Below are positions 16,743 through 26,422 of a DNA stretch of 64,000 nt, in pieces. The notes beneath the pieces were generated by a model. The model saw only the letters and a list, made by a program, of their open reading frames with translations. It did no database searches and was not told the DNA's origin. Numbering within the stretch: the stretch's first letter is position 1; every line of letters starts with the position of its first letter. The translations under genes and the position numbers were made by a program. Origin of the DNA: Deltaproteobacteria bacterium. GTDB lineage: Bacteria > Desulfobacterota > RBG-13-43-22. The stretch covers positions 102,996 through 166,995 of the forward strand of contig JACQYK010000085.1 of assembly GCA_016208255.1 (NCBI GenBank). The letters run 5' to 3'.

Positions 16743-17981
16743 ATGCCCTATTATGGTTGGGATGAAGAACATCTTTCCTTAGTTAGGAATACAATTCAAA
16801 AGTTTTGCCAAAAAGAATTAACCCGGGAATATGTTCGCTGGATGGATGAGAATGTCGATTTTCCCTCGGAGGATCTTTGGAAAAAACTTGCCGATTTTGG
16901 ATATTTTGCAAGTGGTATCCCGGAAGAATATGGTGGGAGCGGTCCTCCTGTGAATCCCTATGAACCCCTGATTCTCCAGGAAGAAATTGCAACGGCAGCG
17001 GTCGCCGTGATGCTGGGTATCGGCGCCGCTCATGGTTTTGGGACGGGTTTTATTAGTGCCCTGGGTAATGAGGAACAAAGAAGGGAATTTCTTCCAAAAT
17101 TTGCCAAAGGGAAGATCAAGATGTGTATGGCTCTGACCGAACCAGGCGGTGGGACAGATATCCTGGGGTCTCTGCGAACCACTGCCGAGGAAGACGGCAA
17201 TGATTATGTCCTTAATGGACAGAAGGTTTTTATAACCGGCGCCCATGTAGCCGACTTTATTCCCACCTTTGCCATCACAGAAAAGAACCCATCCAAGAGA
17301 TCAGAGGCCTGGTCCATTTTTCTTGTCCCGGCCAATACACCGGGGCTGACAATTAGAAAGATACCCAAGTTGGGGATCCATGCCTGTGCCTGTAATGAAA
17401 TTTTTTATGACGAGGTCCGGGTTCGTAAAGATCTCTTGCTTGGCCGGAAAAATAAAGGGTACCATTTTTTGCTGGGGGGAGGAGGCGCGGTAAGCGAGGG
17501 AAATGCCGGCGAGGCCCGGGCCAGACAGGCGGCGATGGGTCTGTTGAATGCCGAGAGGATTGCTACTTCCTTACTCTCTCTTGGGATTGCCAAATCGGCC
17601 TATGCGGATGCCTTGAAATATTCCCTGGAAAGGATTGCCTTCGGCAAACCGATCGGCCAATTTCAGATTATCCAGAACTACCTGGTTGAAATGGCTATTC
17701 AAATCGAAAACGCCCGCAACCTGATATACGGGACGATCGCCTTATCCTTGATGGGAAAACCGAGTATGATTCAGGCCCAAATGTCCAAAATCGTAGCCGC
17801 CCGGGCTTCGGAGTATTGTGCCATTAAGGGAATGGAGATTCTGGGAGGATATGGTTTTACCATGGAATATGATATGCAGCGCCATTTCAGGGACTACAAG
17901 CAAATGGTTTTTGCTCCCATTACGGATGAGATGGCCGTCAATGTGATAGCCCGTATGTTAGGATTGCCAAAATCCTATTAA
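16743..17981 (+). CDS. Acyl-CoA dehydrogenase
   Basis: ACAD architecture (..CMALTEPGGGTDI.., ..GQKVFITGA.., C-terminal ..GGYGFTMEYDMQRHFRD..). The ATG at 16743 follows GGGAGGGGG. Confidence 0.85.
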   Translation: MPYYGWDEEHLSLVRNTIQKFCQKELTREYVRWMDENVDFPSEDLWKKLADFGYFASGIPEEYGGSGPPVNPYEPLILQEEIATAAVAVMLGIGAAHGFGTGFISALGNEEQRREFLPKFAKGKIKMCMALTEPGGGTDILGSLRTTAEEDGNDYVLNGQKVFITGAHVADFIPTFAITEKNPSKRSEAWSIFLVPANTPGLTIRKIPKLGIHACACNEIFYDEVRVRKDLLLGRKNKGYHFLLGGGGAVSEGNAGEARARQAAMGLLNAERIATSLLSLGIAKSAYADALKYSLERIAFGKPIGQFQIIQNYLVEMAIQIENARNLIYGTIALSLMGKPSMIQAQMSKIVAARASEYCAIKGMEILGGYGFTMEYDMQRHFRDYKQMVFAPITDEMAVNVIARMLGLPKSY

Positions 17982-18013
17982 TAAGACTGCACCATTCAAA
18001 AAAGGAGGGAAAA

Positions 18014-19327
18014 ATGGCCTATGAAAAAATTTTTAAACCCTTAAAAATTGGAACCTGTGAAATTAAAAACCGTATCGCTCTGGCCCCCATGAATACCCTG
18101 TATACCATCGCCAATAACGGGCTGGTAAACGATCAAGTCTTAAACTACTATGCCAAGCGGGCCCGGGGGGGGATCGGATTGATCATCACCGAGTGTGTTC
18201 TGGCCACCGCCCTGGCCTCCAAGTTTCCTTATACCACAAACTTGCACCTCTATCATACCGGCCATCTGGCAGGGCATGAAGAACTGGTCAATGTCGTCCA
18301 CCATTTTGGGGCGAAGATATTTATTCAACTCTCTATCGGCTTCGGGAGACAAGGTCATGCCCTCGACGGAACCCCCCCTCCGGCCCCTTCTCCAATTCCC
18401 CTGGAAATAAAACCGGAAAATTTGCCTCCCTCTCTTGCAAAACTTGTCCTGGAAAACATGGGACTCCTGGCCACACGCCGGGAAGAACAGATTCCTTATG
18501 AGATGACCGTGGAAGAGATAAAAAATCAGATAAAGGAATTCCAATATTCCTGTCTCCTGGCGGTTATAGCCGGATATGACGGTATTGAGATCCACGCCCC
18601 TCATGGATATCTGGAACATCAATTTTTTTCACCAAGGTCCAACAAGAGAACAGATCTCTATGGGGGTAGTTTTGAAAACAGGGCCCGTTTTACCATCGAA
18701 GTCTTTGAAGCCGCCAGACTAGCGGTGGGACCGAATTTTCCACTGGGTATTCGACTAAGCGCCAATGAACATATGGAAGATGGTTTTACCCACGAGGACA
18801 TGAAACGTCTGGTAGCCATTCTGGCCGCCGGTAACCCCATGGGCAGCCGGCGCCCGGGCGTTGGCAATAACCCCATCCCCATTCCCGGAATCGATTATTT
18901 GAATATTTCCGACGGATCCTATGAGGCGGTCAAATATTTCTTCCCCGACGAAGAAGCTTTTCATATGTTGGGTGAAGCCACCTCTTTGAAGGAGGTGGTC
19001 AAGGTCCCCACCATTTGTCCTTCCATCCATGATCCGAATAACGTCGAAAAGGTCCTCAAAGAAGACAAAATCGATATGATCTCCCTTGGCAGGCAGACCT
19101 TCGCCGATCCCGATTGGGTGAATAAGGTTAAGGAAGGAAAAAAAATCAAGAAATGTATCCGCTGCAACAGGTGCCTGCTCAGGACCCTGCAAGGACTGCC
19201 CGTGCGCTGCTTTATCAATCCGGAAACCGGTTTTGAAAAATACGATGAGTCACTCCGGATGAAAATCCCGAAAAAATCCCTGATCGGGCTAAAGATCCCT
19301 GATCAGTTTGCCAGTCTGCGCGGTTAA
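18014..19327 (+). CDS. NADH:flavin oxidoreductase (Old Yellow Enzyme family) with C-terminal Cys motif
   Basis: IKNRIALAPMNT.., HAPHGYLEHQFFSPRSNKRTDLYGGSFENRARF, CIRCNRC. SD AAGGAGGG upstream. Confidence 0.8.
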   Translation: MAYEKIFKPLKIGTCEIKNRIALAPMNTLYTIANNGLVNDQVLNYYAKRARGGIGLIITECVLATALASKFPYTTNLHLYHTGHLAGHEELVNVVHHFGAKIFIQLSIGFGRQGHALDGTPPPAPSPIPLEIKPENLPPSLAKLVLENMGLLATRREEQIPYEMTVEEIKNQIKEFQYSCLLAVIAGYDGIEIHAPHGYLEHQFFSPRSNKRTDLYGGSFENRARFTIEVFEAARLAVGPNFPLGIRLSANEHMEDGFTHEDMKRLVAILAAGNPMGSRRPGVGNNPIPIPGIDYLNISDGSYEAVKYFFPDEEAFHMLGEATSLKEVVKVPTICPSIHDPNNVEKVLKEDKIDMISLGRQTFADPDWVNKVKEGKKIKKCIRCNRCLLRTLQGLPVRCFINPETGFEKYDESLRMKIPKKSLIGLKIPDQFASLRG

Positions 19328-19345
19328 TGAAAGGAGTACAAAACA

Positions 19346-20530
19346 ATGAGCAAAGGAAAAATAGCGATTGTGGGCATAGGCGAAGTTCCTACTAGAATCA
19401 TGCCTGAAAGAAGTCCGTGGGATATTATTTATGATATTTGCATGGAGGCCGTAAGAGATGCCGGGATAGATAAAAATGATGTTGAAGGGGTTATATCGGT
19501 CGCTCCTCAGGGGCAACCCCAGCTTGCCGCCGAGATCTCTTTTGGAAAAATCCCCGAAGAGTTGGGGTTAAAAGGATGTCGGGACGTTTGCGTATGTAAC
19601 GCCGGTGGTGCATCCACCTCCAATTGTCTGCGACTGGCCGAGCAATGGATTCATAGCGGGGTGGCCAAGATCGTCCTGATTCCTCAGGTGACGGTCCACT
19701 CAACCATTCCCCTTGAAGATTTGATCAATTTTTTTGCCTTGGCCGGTATGGACAGGCAATGGGAGTATCCCTTTGGGACCACTTACAATGGTGCCATTGC
19801 TATGATGACCAGACGATACATGAAAGAAACGGGAACTACCCCGGAGGAGATGGCCTCGGTTGTGGTTTCACTGCGGAAATGGGCCACTCTTGACCCTAAT
19901 TCCATGTTTTATCAAAAACCGGTGCCTTCTATAGAACAAGTTTTATCATCGCCGCTGGTATCAGACCCTTTGCACCGCCGGGAAGGAAATATCCTCGCAG
20001 ATGGAGGTGCAGCGATGGTGGTCACCTCCCCTGATTTGGCCCGGCAAATAACCAAGACCCCGGTTTATAAGCTCGGTGAGGGGACAGCCTTTTTCGGAGC
20101 CGTCCCCGTCCTCAGAGACAATAAAAAAACTGCGGATGGGTTCAAAAATTCTTGTCAAGAAGCCTTTAATGAAGCCGGAATTTCCAAAGAGAATATCGAC
20201 ATCTGGAATATTTATCTCGCCTATCCGGTGGGTCATCCTGTGATCATGGAGAGATTGGGGCTTTGTGAACCGGGCCAAGCAGGGAAAATTTTTATGGAAG
20301 GGCATACCTGGCCCGGGGGAAAGCTTCCTTGGTCCACAATCGGGGACGCGGTTGGACGGGGACATACGGGTTCCGGCGTGAGTACGGCCACCTATGTGGA
20401 AACGGCACGCCAGTTAATGGATAAGGCCGGGGCGCGGCAGGTACCAAAGGCAAAATACGTTTTCCAGAACACTTCCGGGGGGTCCGGTATGAACAATATA
20501 GCCACGATTTGGGGGAGGGAATTATCATGA
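19346..20530 (+). CDS. Thiolase-like protein (SCP-x/non-condensing thiolase type)
   Basis: 394 aa, KIAIVGIGEVP.. N-terminus. Paired with a downstream DUF35 OB-fold gene, as is typical for this family. Confidence 0.8.
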   Translation: MSKGKIAIVGIGEVPTRIMPERSPWDIIYDICMEAVRDAGIDKNDVEGVISVAPQGQPQLAAEISFGKIPEELGLKGCRDVCVCNAGGASTSNCLRLAEQWIHSGVAKIVLIPQVTVHSTIPLEDLINFFALAGMDRQWEYPFGTTYNGAIAMMTRRYMKETGTTPEEMASVVVSLRKWATLDPNSMFYQKPVPSIEQVLSSPLVSDPLHRREGNILADGGAAMVVTSPDLARQITKTPVYKLGEGTAFFGAVPVLRDNKKTADGFKNSCQEAFNEAGISKENIDIWNIYLAYPVGHPVIMERLGLCEPGQAGKIFMEGHTWPGGKLPWSTIGDAVGRGHTGSGVSTATYVETARQLMDKAGARQVPKAKYVFQNTSGGSGMNNIATIWGRELS

Positions 20531-20943
20531 AACAAGCATATCAAAAACCGATACCAGTGATGCAACCCTGGACCAAGGAGTTTTGGAAGGCTACAAAGGA
20601 CCATATATTACTTATCCAGACCTGTAAGGAATGTAAATCCAAGATATTTTATCCCAGGAAATTCTGTCCTGAATGCTGGTCAGGCAATCTGGACTGGATA
20701 GAAGCCGGAGGGAAAGGCAAGGTCTTTGCTTTTACGATAACCAGGGATATGGTCGAGCCCAAATTTATGACGGATCTTCCCTATGTTTTGGCTATGGTGA
20801 CTCTCGAAGAAGGAATTCGAATGATGACCAGAATCGTGGAATGTGACCCGGAAAAAGTCGAGATGGGTATGGATGTGGAGGTTGTCTTCGAAGATATTTC
20901 AGAGGAATGCTCTTTGCCCATGTTTAGGCCCATTAAAAAATAG
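20527..20943 (+). CDS. DUF35-type Zn-ribbon/OB-fold protein (thiolase partner)
   Basis: CKECKSKIFYPRKFCPECWS zinc ribbon followed by an OB-fold-like segment. ATGA overlap with the thiolase stop. Confidence 0.8.
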   Translation: MKQAYQKPIPVMQPWTKEFWKATKDHILLIQTCKECKSKIFYPRKFCPECWSGNLDWIEAGGKGKVFAFTITRDMVEPKFMTDLPYVLAMVTLEEGIRMMTRIVECDPEKVEMGMDVEVVFEDISEECSLPMFRPIKK

Positions 20944-20988
20944 GAGGAGTTTCAGGGAAAAGAAATTGGAATAAAAAGGAGACAACTT

Positions 20989-22533
20989 ATGTACACTTTA
21001 GGTGATATACCGCGTAACCGTGCCTTACATTCTCCCGACGATGAAGCCGTTGTTTTCGAATCAGTCCGGCTTACCTACGGAAAACTCAATAACAGGGTGA
21101 ACCGTCTGGCCAATACGCTCATAAGATTGGGTTACCAGAAGGGGGACCGTTTAATGGTTCTGGCAGAAAACACACACAAGTACATCGAGATATATTTTGC
21201 GGCCTCAAAAGCCGGTATGAGTGTAACCCCTCTCAACACCCGTCTTTCCGATTCAGAGCTTGAACACATCATTAACGACAGTGAAGCCTCTTGTTTCCTC
21301 GTCGGCGACGCCTTTGAAGATCGTGCCTTAGTTCTTAAAAATAATTCAAAATACATCAAAAACTCGATAACCCTTGACAAAAGGATGGATGGCTTTCTCT
21401 ATTATGAAGACCTGATCAAAGAGGCTTCTTTCCAAGAACCGGAAGTTGAAGTTGATGAGAATGATATGGCCGTTCTCATGTATACCGGTGGGACTACAGG
21501 TCTTCCCAAAGGCGTTATGATGTCGCACCGGAATCTCATGACGGCCGTTTTAGCCGCAACGGTTTCGGCGGGATTTCGCCGTGAGGATATAACCTGCTTT
21601 GTCCTCCCCCTTTTTCATGTCTCTTTCTGGCCGGCCCTCTGTCTGTTACTCGTTGGTGGTAAGGTCGTCATTAACAGAAAAGTGGATCTTACCCTTATAT
21701 TAAAACTCATCCAGGATGAGAAGTGCACACACATGAATGCTGTGCCTGTTTTGTATACCTGGCTTCTTTTGGCGGATGTGGATAAATATGATTTATCCAG
21801 CCTCAGGGTGCTGGGATATGTAGGAAGTCCCTTCCCTCCGGAGATTTTGAAGCAATGCATCCAGAAATTCGGAAATATATTTCAACAGGGATACGGGATG
21901 ACCGAGGCTTAGGGGGCAACAGGATTGTCATCAACGGACCATGTGTTGGAAGGAGAAAAATCCCGTTTGTTGGCCAGTGCTGGGAGAGAGATGATCTGCG
22001 CCAGAGTTCGCGTCGTCGATGAAAATGACCGGGAGGTAAAACCCGGAGAGATCGGAGAGATTGTTGTTCGCGGAAAGCATGTCATGATGGGCTATTGGAA
22101 AAACCCGGAACTGACCAAGGAAACACTTCGCAATGGGTGGTACCATACGGGGGACATGGGTTACATGGATGAGGCCCGTTACCTGTTCCTGATGGATCGT
22201 AAAGCGGATATGATCGTTACCGGAGGTGAAAATGTCTATCCCAAGGAAACGGAAGATGTCCTCTATCAACACCCGGCTGTATTGGAATGTGCCGTTGTTT
22301 CGGCCCCTGATGTAAAATGGGGCGAAAGGGTGCAGGCCGCGGTAGTGTTAAAGCCGGACATGGCAGTAACAGAGGAAGAGTTGATCGATCATTGCAAGAA
22401 GCACCTGGCCGGGTACAAATGCCCAAAAGGGGTGGAATTCTGGGATGTCCTGCCCAAGACTCCGGTTCAAAAAATATTAAGGAAAGAAATAAAGAAGAAA
22501 TTTTGGGAGGGGCGCGAGCGTTCCATAGGTTAA
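20989..22533 (+). pseudogene. AMP-dependent acyl-CoA ligase interrupted by an in-frame TAG (21910-21912)
   Basis: LMYTGGTTGLPKGV and GYGMTEA-TAG-GATGL.. The two track ORFs (20989-21912, 21925-22533) are in the same frame and together form one ligase (..TGDMGY.., ..GGENVYPKE..). Confidence 0.75.
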
Positions 22534-22624
22534 TAGGCACCGATGATAAATAATTCATGAAACTTCGATAAAATTAGGAGTAATGGACGACCAACAACCC
22601 GATCAGGGGAACAAGGAGGAACTC

Positions 22625-23644
22625 ATGAGCAACGGAGGCACCCAGGACAATTATTTCAAGATTGATCCCGAGCCGCACCTTATTGGGAATATGGAGCTCG
22701 TTAATCATTTCCCAGGTGTCCAGATGTGGTGGAGGGCGATCGACTCCATACGTAGACCACTTATGACCGGGGCACCTCTGGAATCCTTTCAAGGTATGGA
22801 ACCATGGGAGATGGAGAAGACGGCAGACCCGGAGAGCCTCTTGAGAGCCATGAATAAATATGGTGTCGATATTGCCTGTCTGCTCCCTGAATCCATGATG
22901 GATACCACGGGATATACCACAAGATGGTGCTCCAACGGTGAGATGGCAAAAATCGTGGAAACCCACCCCGACCGGTTCATCTACCAGCCCAATGTTTCAC
23001 CTATAAAACACAAAGGGGTAAAAAATAGCGTTTGGGAACTGGAATACTGGGTTAAGGAAAAAGGAGCAAAAATATTTAAGTTCTATCCTCCTGAAGATAC
23101 GTTTATCAACGACCCTGATCTGTGGCCATTTTATAAGAAAGCAGAAGAATTGGACATCGTGTTGGACATCCACACCGGATTCTGCTGGGTCCCCCCGGGA
23201 AAAAGCAAACATGCGCTGCCGATACTTTTAGATGATGTGGCTAGGGATTTCCCGGATCTGAAAATTAACGCTTTTCATATGGGATATCCCTATTGCGATG
23301 ATCTCAATATGATTGCTATGGGGCATCCCAATGTTTATGTCTGCCTGAGCCTGCTGATACCCTGGGCGGCAGCCGCACCCAGAAAATTCGCCAAAATCAT
23401 TGGAGAGGCCCTGCGCTGGGTCGGGCCGGACAAGATCATTTGGGGGACCGATTATGCCGGGTACGGGGCCCAGGTCAGGGCTGCCGTGAACGGAATGAGA
23501 GTATTCCAGATCCCGGAAGATATGCAGAGAGACTACGGATACCCTCCTATAACCGATGAGGATCGGGCCAAGATATTCGGTGGAAATTTGGCCGGTCTGA
23601 TAGACATTGATACGTCCGAGAGACGAATCAACATGAAATCATAA
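22625..23644 (+). CDS. Amidohydrolase-2 family metal-dependent hydrolase/decarboxylase
   Basis: TIM-barrel amidohydrolase-like pattern (..GAKIFKFYPPED.., ..LDIHTGF.., ..FHMGYPY.., ..IWGTDY..). The ATG at 22625 follows AAGGAGGA. Confidence 0.7.
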   Translation: MSNGGTQDNYFKIDPEPHLIGNMELVNHFPGVQMWWRAIDSIRRPLMTGAPLESFQGMEPWEMEKTADPESLLRAMNKYGVDIACLLPESMMDTTGYTTRWCSNGEMAKIVETHPDRFIYQPNVSPIKHKGVKNSVWELEYWVKEKGAKIFKFYPPEDTFINDPDLWPFYKKAEELDIVLDIHTGFCWVPPGKSKHALPILLDDVARDFPDLKINAFHMGYPYCDDLNMIAMGHPNVYVCLSLLIPWAAAAPRKFAKIIGEALRWVGPDKIIWGTDYAGYGAQVRAAVNGMRVFQIPEDMQRDYGYPPITDEDRAKIFGGNLAGLIDIDTSERRINMKS

Positions 23645-23646
23645 AA

Positions 23647-24458
23647 ATGAACCGACGTCACTTTATAAAAGGATTTCTGCTTGGATCCGGGGCAACCCTG
23701 GGTTCGTTGGTCGGAATTAAGGCAACACAGGGTGATTATCGGCCTCTGGTCGATCCATTGGGGGTAATGATGGATCCCTTGCCGGAATTCCAGGCCGTAA
23801 TGAAGGTCATACTGTTAGGGACCGGTACCCCTTTGCCCAACCCGTATAGGTCCAAACCTGCCCTGGTTGTTCTGGCCGGGAAGAAAGTATCTCTGGTTGA
23901 TTGCGGTGCCGGGACCATCGAACGACTTCTTCAGGCCCGAATCTGTCCGGAAAGAATTGAGGACGTCTTTATTACCCATCACCACAGCGATCATAATTCT
24001 GGCTTGGTAGATTTCTTTATTACCGGTTGGGGTGGTACGACGCTTCCGGGAAGATCAAAACCGCTGAATCTCTACGGCCCCGGGAATACCCAGAAAATCA
24101 TCTCCAATCTCATGGACCATTTGGCCTGGGATATCCACTTAAGGACTCTTCAGGCACATAACCCTCCCAATGGAGCCTAGATAAACTATTGCATGAAGCC
24201 TATAGCCAGCCTTGGATCGATGAAGGTGTAAAGAGATTTCCTGAAAAAAGAGCAACTGCCGAAGGAATTGTTAAATACCATAGTTCGACTCTTGAGGTGG
24301 CAGAAATAGCCAGAAAAGCGGATATCAAGCATCTCGTTCTTACCCATCTTATGCCCTCCCCTTCCCCGGTTTGGTATTTTGAAAGGGATTGGGTGAAAGG
24401 TGTTTCAGATATCTACAAGGGAAATGTAACCGTCGGCCGGGATCTTATGGTGTTTTAA
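23647..24458 (+). pseudogene. Tat-signal metallo-beta-lactamase-fold hydrolase, frame broken and internally shortened
   Basis: MNRRHFIKGF.. is a twin-arginine signal; HHHSDH is the MBL motif. Frame 1 stops at TAG 24178-24180. The conserved ..LDKLLHEAY..HLVLTHL.. C-terminus continues in frame 3 from about 24162. Confidence 0.6.
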
Positions 24459-24703
24459 ACCTGTTCGACATCATCAGTTCATTTATTCTTATTACAACAA
24501 AACAAAATGGAGAACGAAATGGATCATTCCGGGGATATTCTGTCTGAGTCCAAAGAAGGACAGAAATATAAAGTCAGTAGAGGTCAATTTATTAGGAACC
24601 TATAATGTGACCAAGGCTGACTTAGCCAAGGTAATAACAGGGCAGGCCATTAATATATGTGCCGGTTCGGTCTTTTCTTAAACCTTAAACCGAGGAGGAA
24701 AAA

Positions 24704-26422
24704 ATGAAAAAGATATTTTCTTGGATCTTTTTATCTTTGCTGACTCTATCGCTATTGTTGCTCGGGATGTTTAACTCCGGGGCCGGTGCAGCCGATAAAG
24801 TACAGACCGGAGGTACGTTAACCTACCTGGATATGACTCCAACACTAGATCCAATGACCTGGGACATAGAGGATTGGAACTGGAAACATGGTTACGATAC
24901 GGGATTTTATATGGAGTACCTTCTCATGGGGGATCTCCAGAAGGGGCCGAGAGGTACCAAAAAATTCCTCTTTCATGCCAATGCCTGGATACCACCGGAC
25001 ATCATGACAGGCGAGCTTCTGGAGAAATGGGAAGTGAAGAAAAATCCGGTGCAGATCGTCCTTCATCTCCGCAAGGGCGTCTATTGGCAGGATAAGCCCG
25101 GGATCATGAATGCCAGAGAGCTGGTGGCCGATGATGTCGTTTACGCGATTACCCGCACCAAAAACTCACGAAAGGCCCTTCCCCATTATATGGATTTTGT
25201 CGGTAAAATGGAAACCCCCGATAAATATACCGTGGTCATAAATATGACCGAGTGGTGTGCGGACTGGTCCCTCCGCATCGGTTATGGATACTTTAATGCC
25301 ATCCAAGCACCGGAGCAGGAAAAAGCCCCGGGCGGGCCCAAAAAATGGGAGAATGCTTGCGGCACCGGGCCTTATATGATCACCGATTATAAGGAGGGCC
25401 ATTCCCAGACCTATACCAAAAACCCGAATTATTGGGGTTGGGAAACCATCGGAGGGAAGAATTGCAAACTCCCCTTGACCGACAAGGTGGTGATGATGAT
25501 CATCAAGGATGAAGCCACCCAGATTGCCTCGTTAAGGACCGGTAAGATTGATCTGATGATGCTCATAAACTGGAAACATGTCGAGGGCCTCAAGAAGAGC
25601 AACCCCCCGTTGCAATGGTCGCGCTTTCTTGGGACCGGTAATTTTACCATGGCCATGCGCATGGATCGAAAACCCTTTAACGACATCCGGGTGAGACGGG
25701 CCATGAACCTGGCCATCAACAAAAAGGAGATCATCAACTCTTTCTACGGCGGTAATGCCGAACTACACACCTATCCCTTCCCTCCCACTTTCAAGGATGT
25801 TTACACCCCGCTGGAGAAACTGCCCCCATCGGTGAGGGAGCTATACACCTACAATCCGGAAAAGGCCAAAAAGCTTTTGGCCGAGGCCGGTTACCCCAAT
25901 GGTTTTACCTTTAAGGCCCAAATTTCCAATGCCGGCCAAACCGGACTTGACCTGGCCGCTATGGTGGCGTCCTATCTAGCCAAGATCGGGGTCACCCTCG
26001 TGTTGGAACCCATGGATTACCCCTCCTATCTCAGCCGGATGACGAGAAAGAATCATTCTGAAGGGTATTTTTTCGCCAATGACCACGGGAACCCATTTTC
26101 CGGTATCCGAAAGAACTTCTTTACCGGCGAGCCCTGGAATCCGCACATGATGAGTGATCCCTATGTGGACAAGACCTTAGAGGATACCTTGAAAAACCTC
26201 AACCTGACCGACAATCAAGCGCTTGAGGCCATGAAAAAATTGACTGTTTATATAATGGAACAGGTGCCTTGCCTAATACTTCCCACCGCTTATAGCTATT
26301 CCGCCTGGTGGCCTTGGGTCAAGAATTCTTTCGGGGAACTTCGTGTGGGTGCTCACCGGTCCGCCCCAATCATAAGCCGTATCTGGATCGACCAGGAATT
26401 GAAGAAGAAGATGGGATATTAA
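24704..26422 (+). CDS. ABC transporter substrate-binding protein (family 5, peptide/nickel type)
   Basis: 572 aa with an N-terminal signal peptide (..LLLLGMFNSGAGAA), family-5-like length and motifs. SD GAGGAGGA upstream. Confidence 0.8.
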   Translation: MKKIFSWIFLSLLTLSLLLLGMFNSGAGAADKVQTGGTLTYLDMTPTLDPMTWDIEDWNWKHGYDTGFYMEYLLMGDLQKGPRGTKKFLFHANAWIPPDIMTGELLEKWEVKKNPVQIVLHLRKGVYWQDKPGIMNARELVADDVVYAITRTKNSRKALPHYMDFVGKMETPDKYTVVINMTEWCADWSLRIGYGYFNAIQAPEQEKAPGGPKKWENACGTGPYMITDYKEGHSQTYTKNPNYWGWETIGGKNCKLPLTDKVVMMIIKDEATQIASLRTGKIDLMMLINWKHVEGLKKSNPPLQWSRFLGTGNFTMAMRMDRKPFNDIRVRRAMNLAINKKEIINSFYGGNAELHTYPFPPTFKDVYTPLEKLPPSVRELYTYNPEKAKKLLAEAGYPNGFTFKAQISNAGQTGLDLAAMVASYLAKIGVTLVLEPMDYPSYLSRMTRKNHSEGYFFANDHGNPFSGIRKNFFTGEPWNPHMMSDPYVDKTLEDTLKNLNLTDNQALEAMKKLTVYIMEQVPCLILPTAYSYSAWWPWVKNSFGELRVGAHRSAPIISRIWIDQELKKKMGY

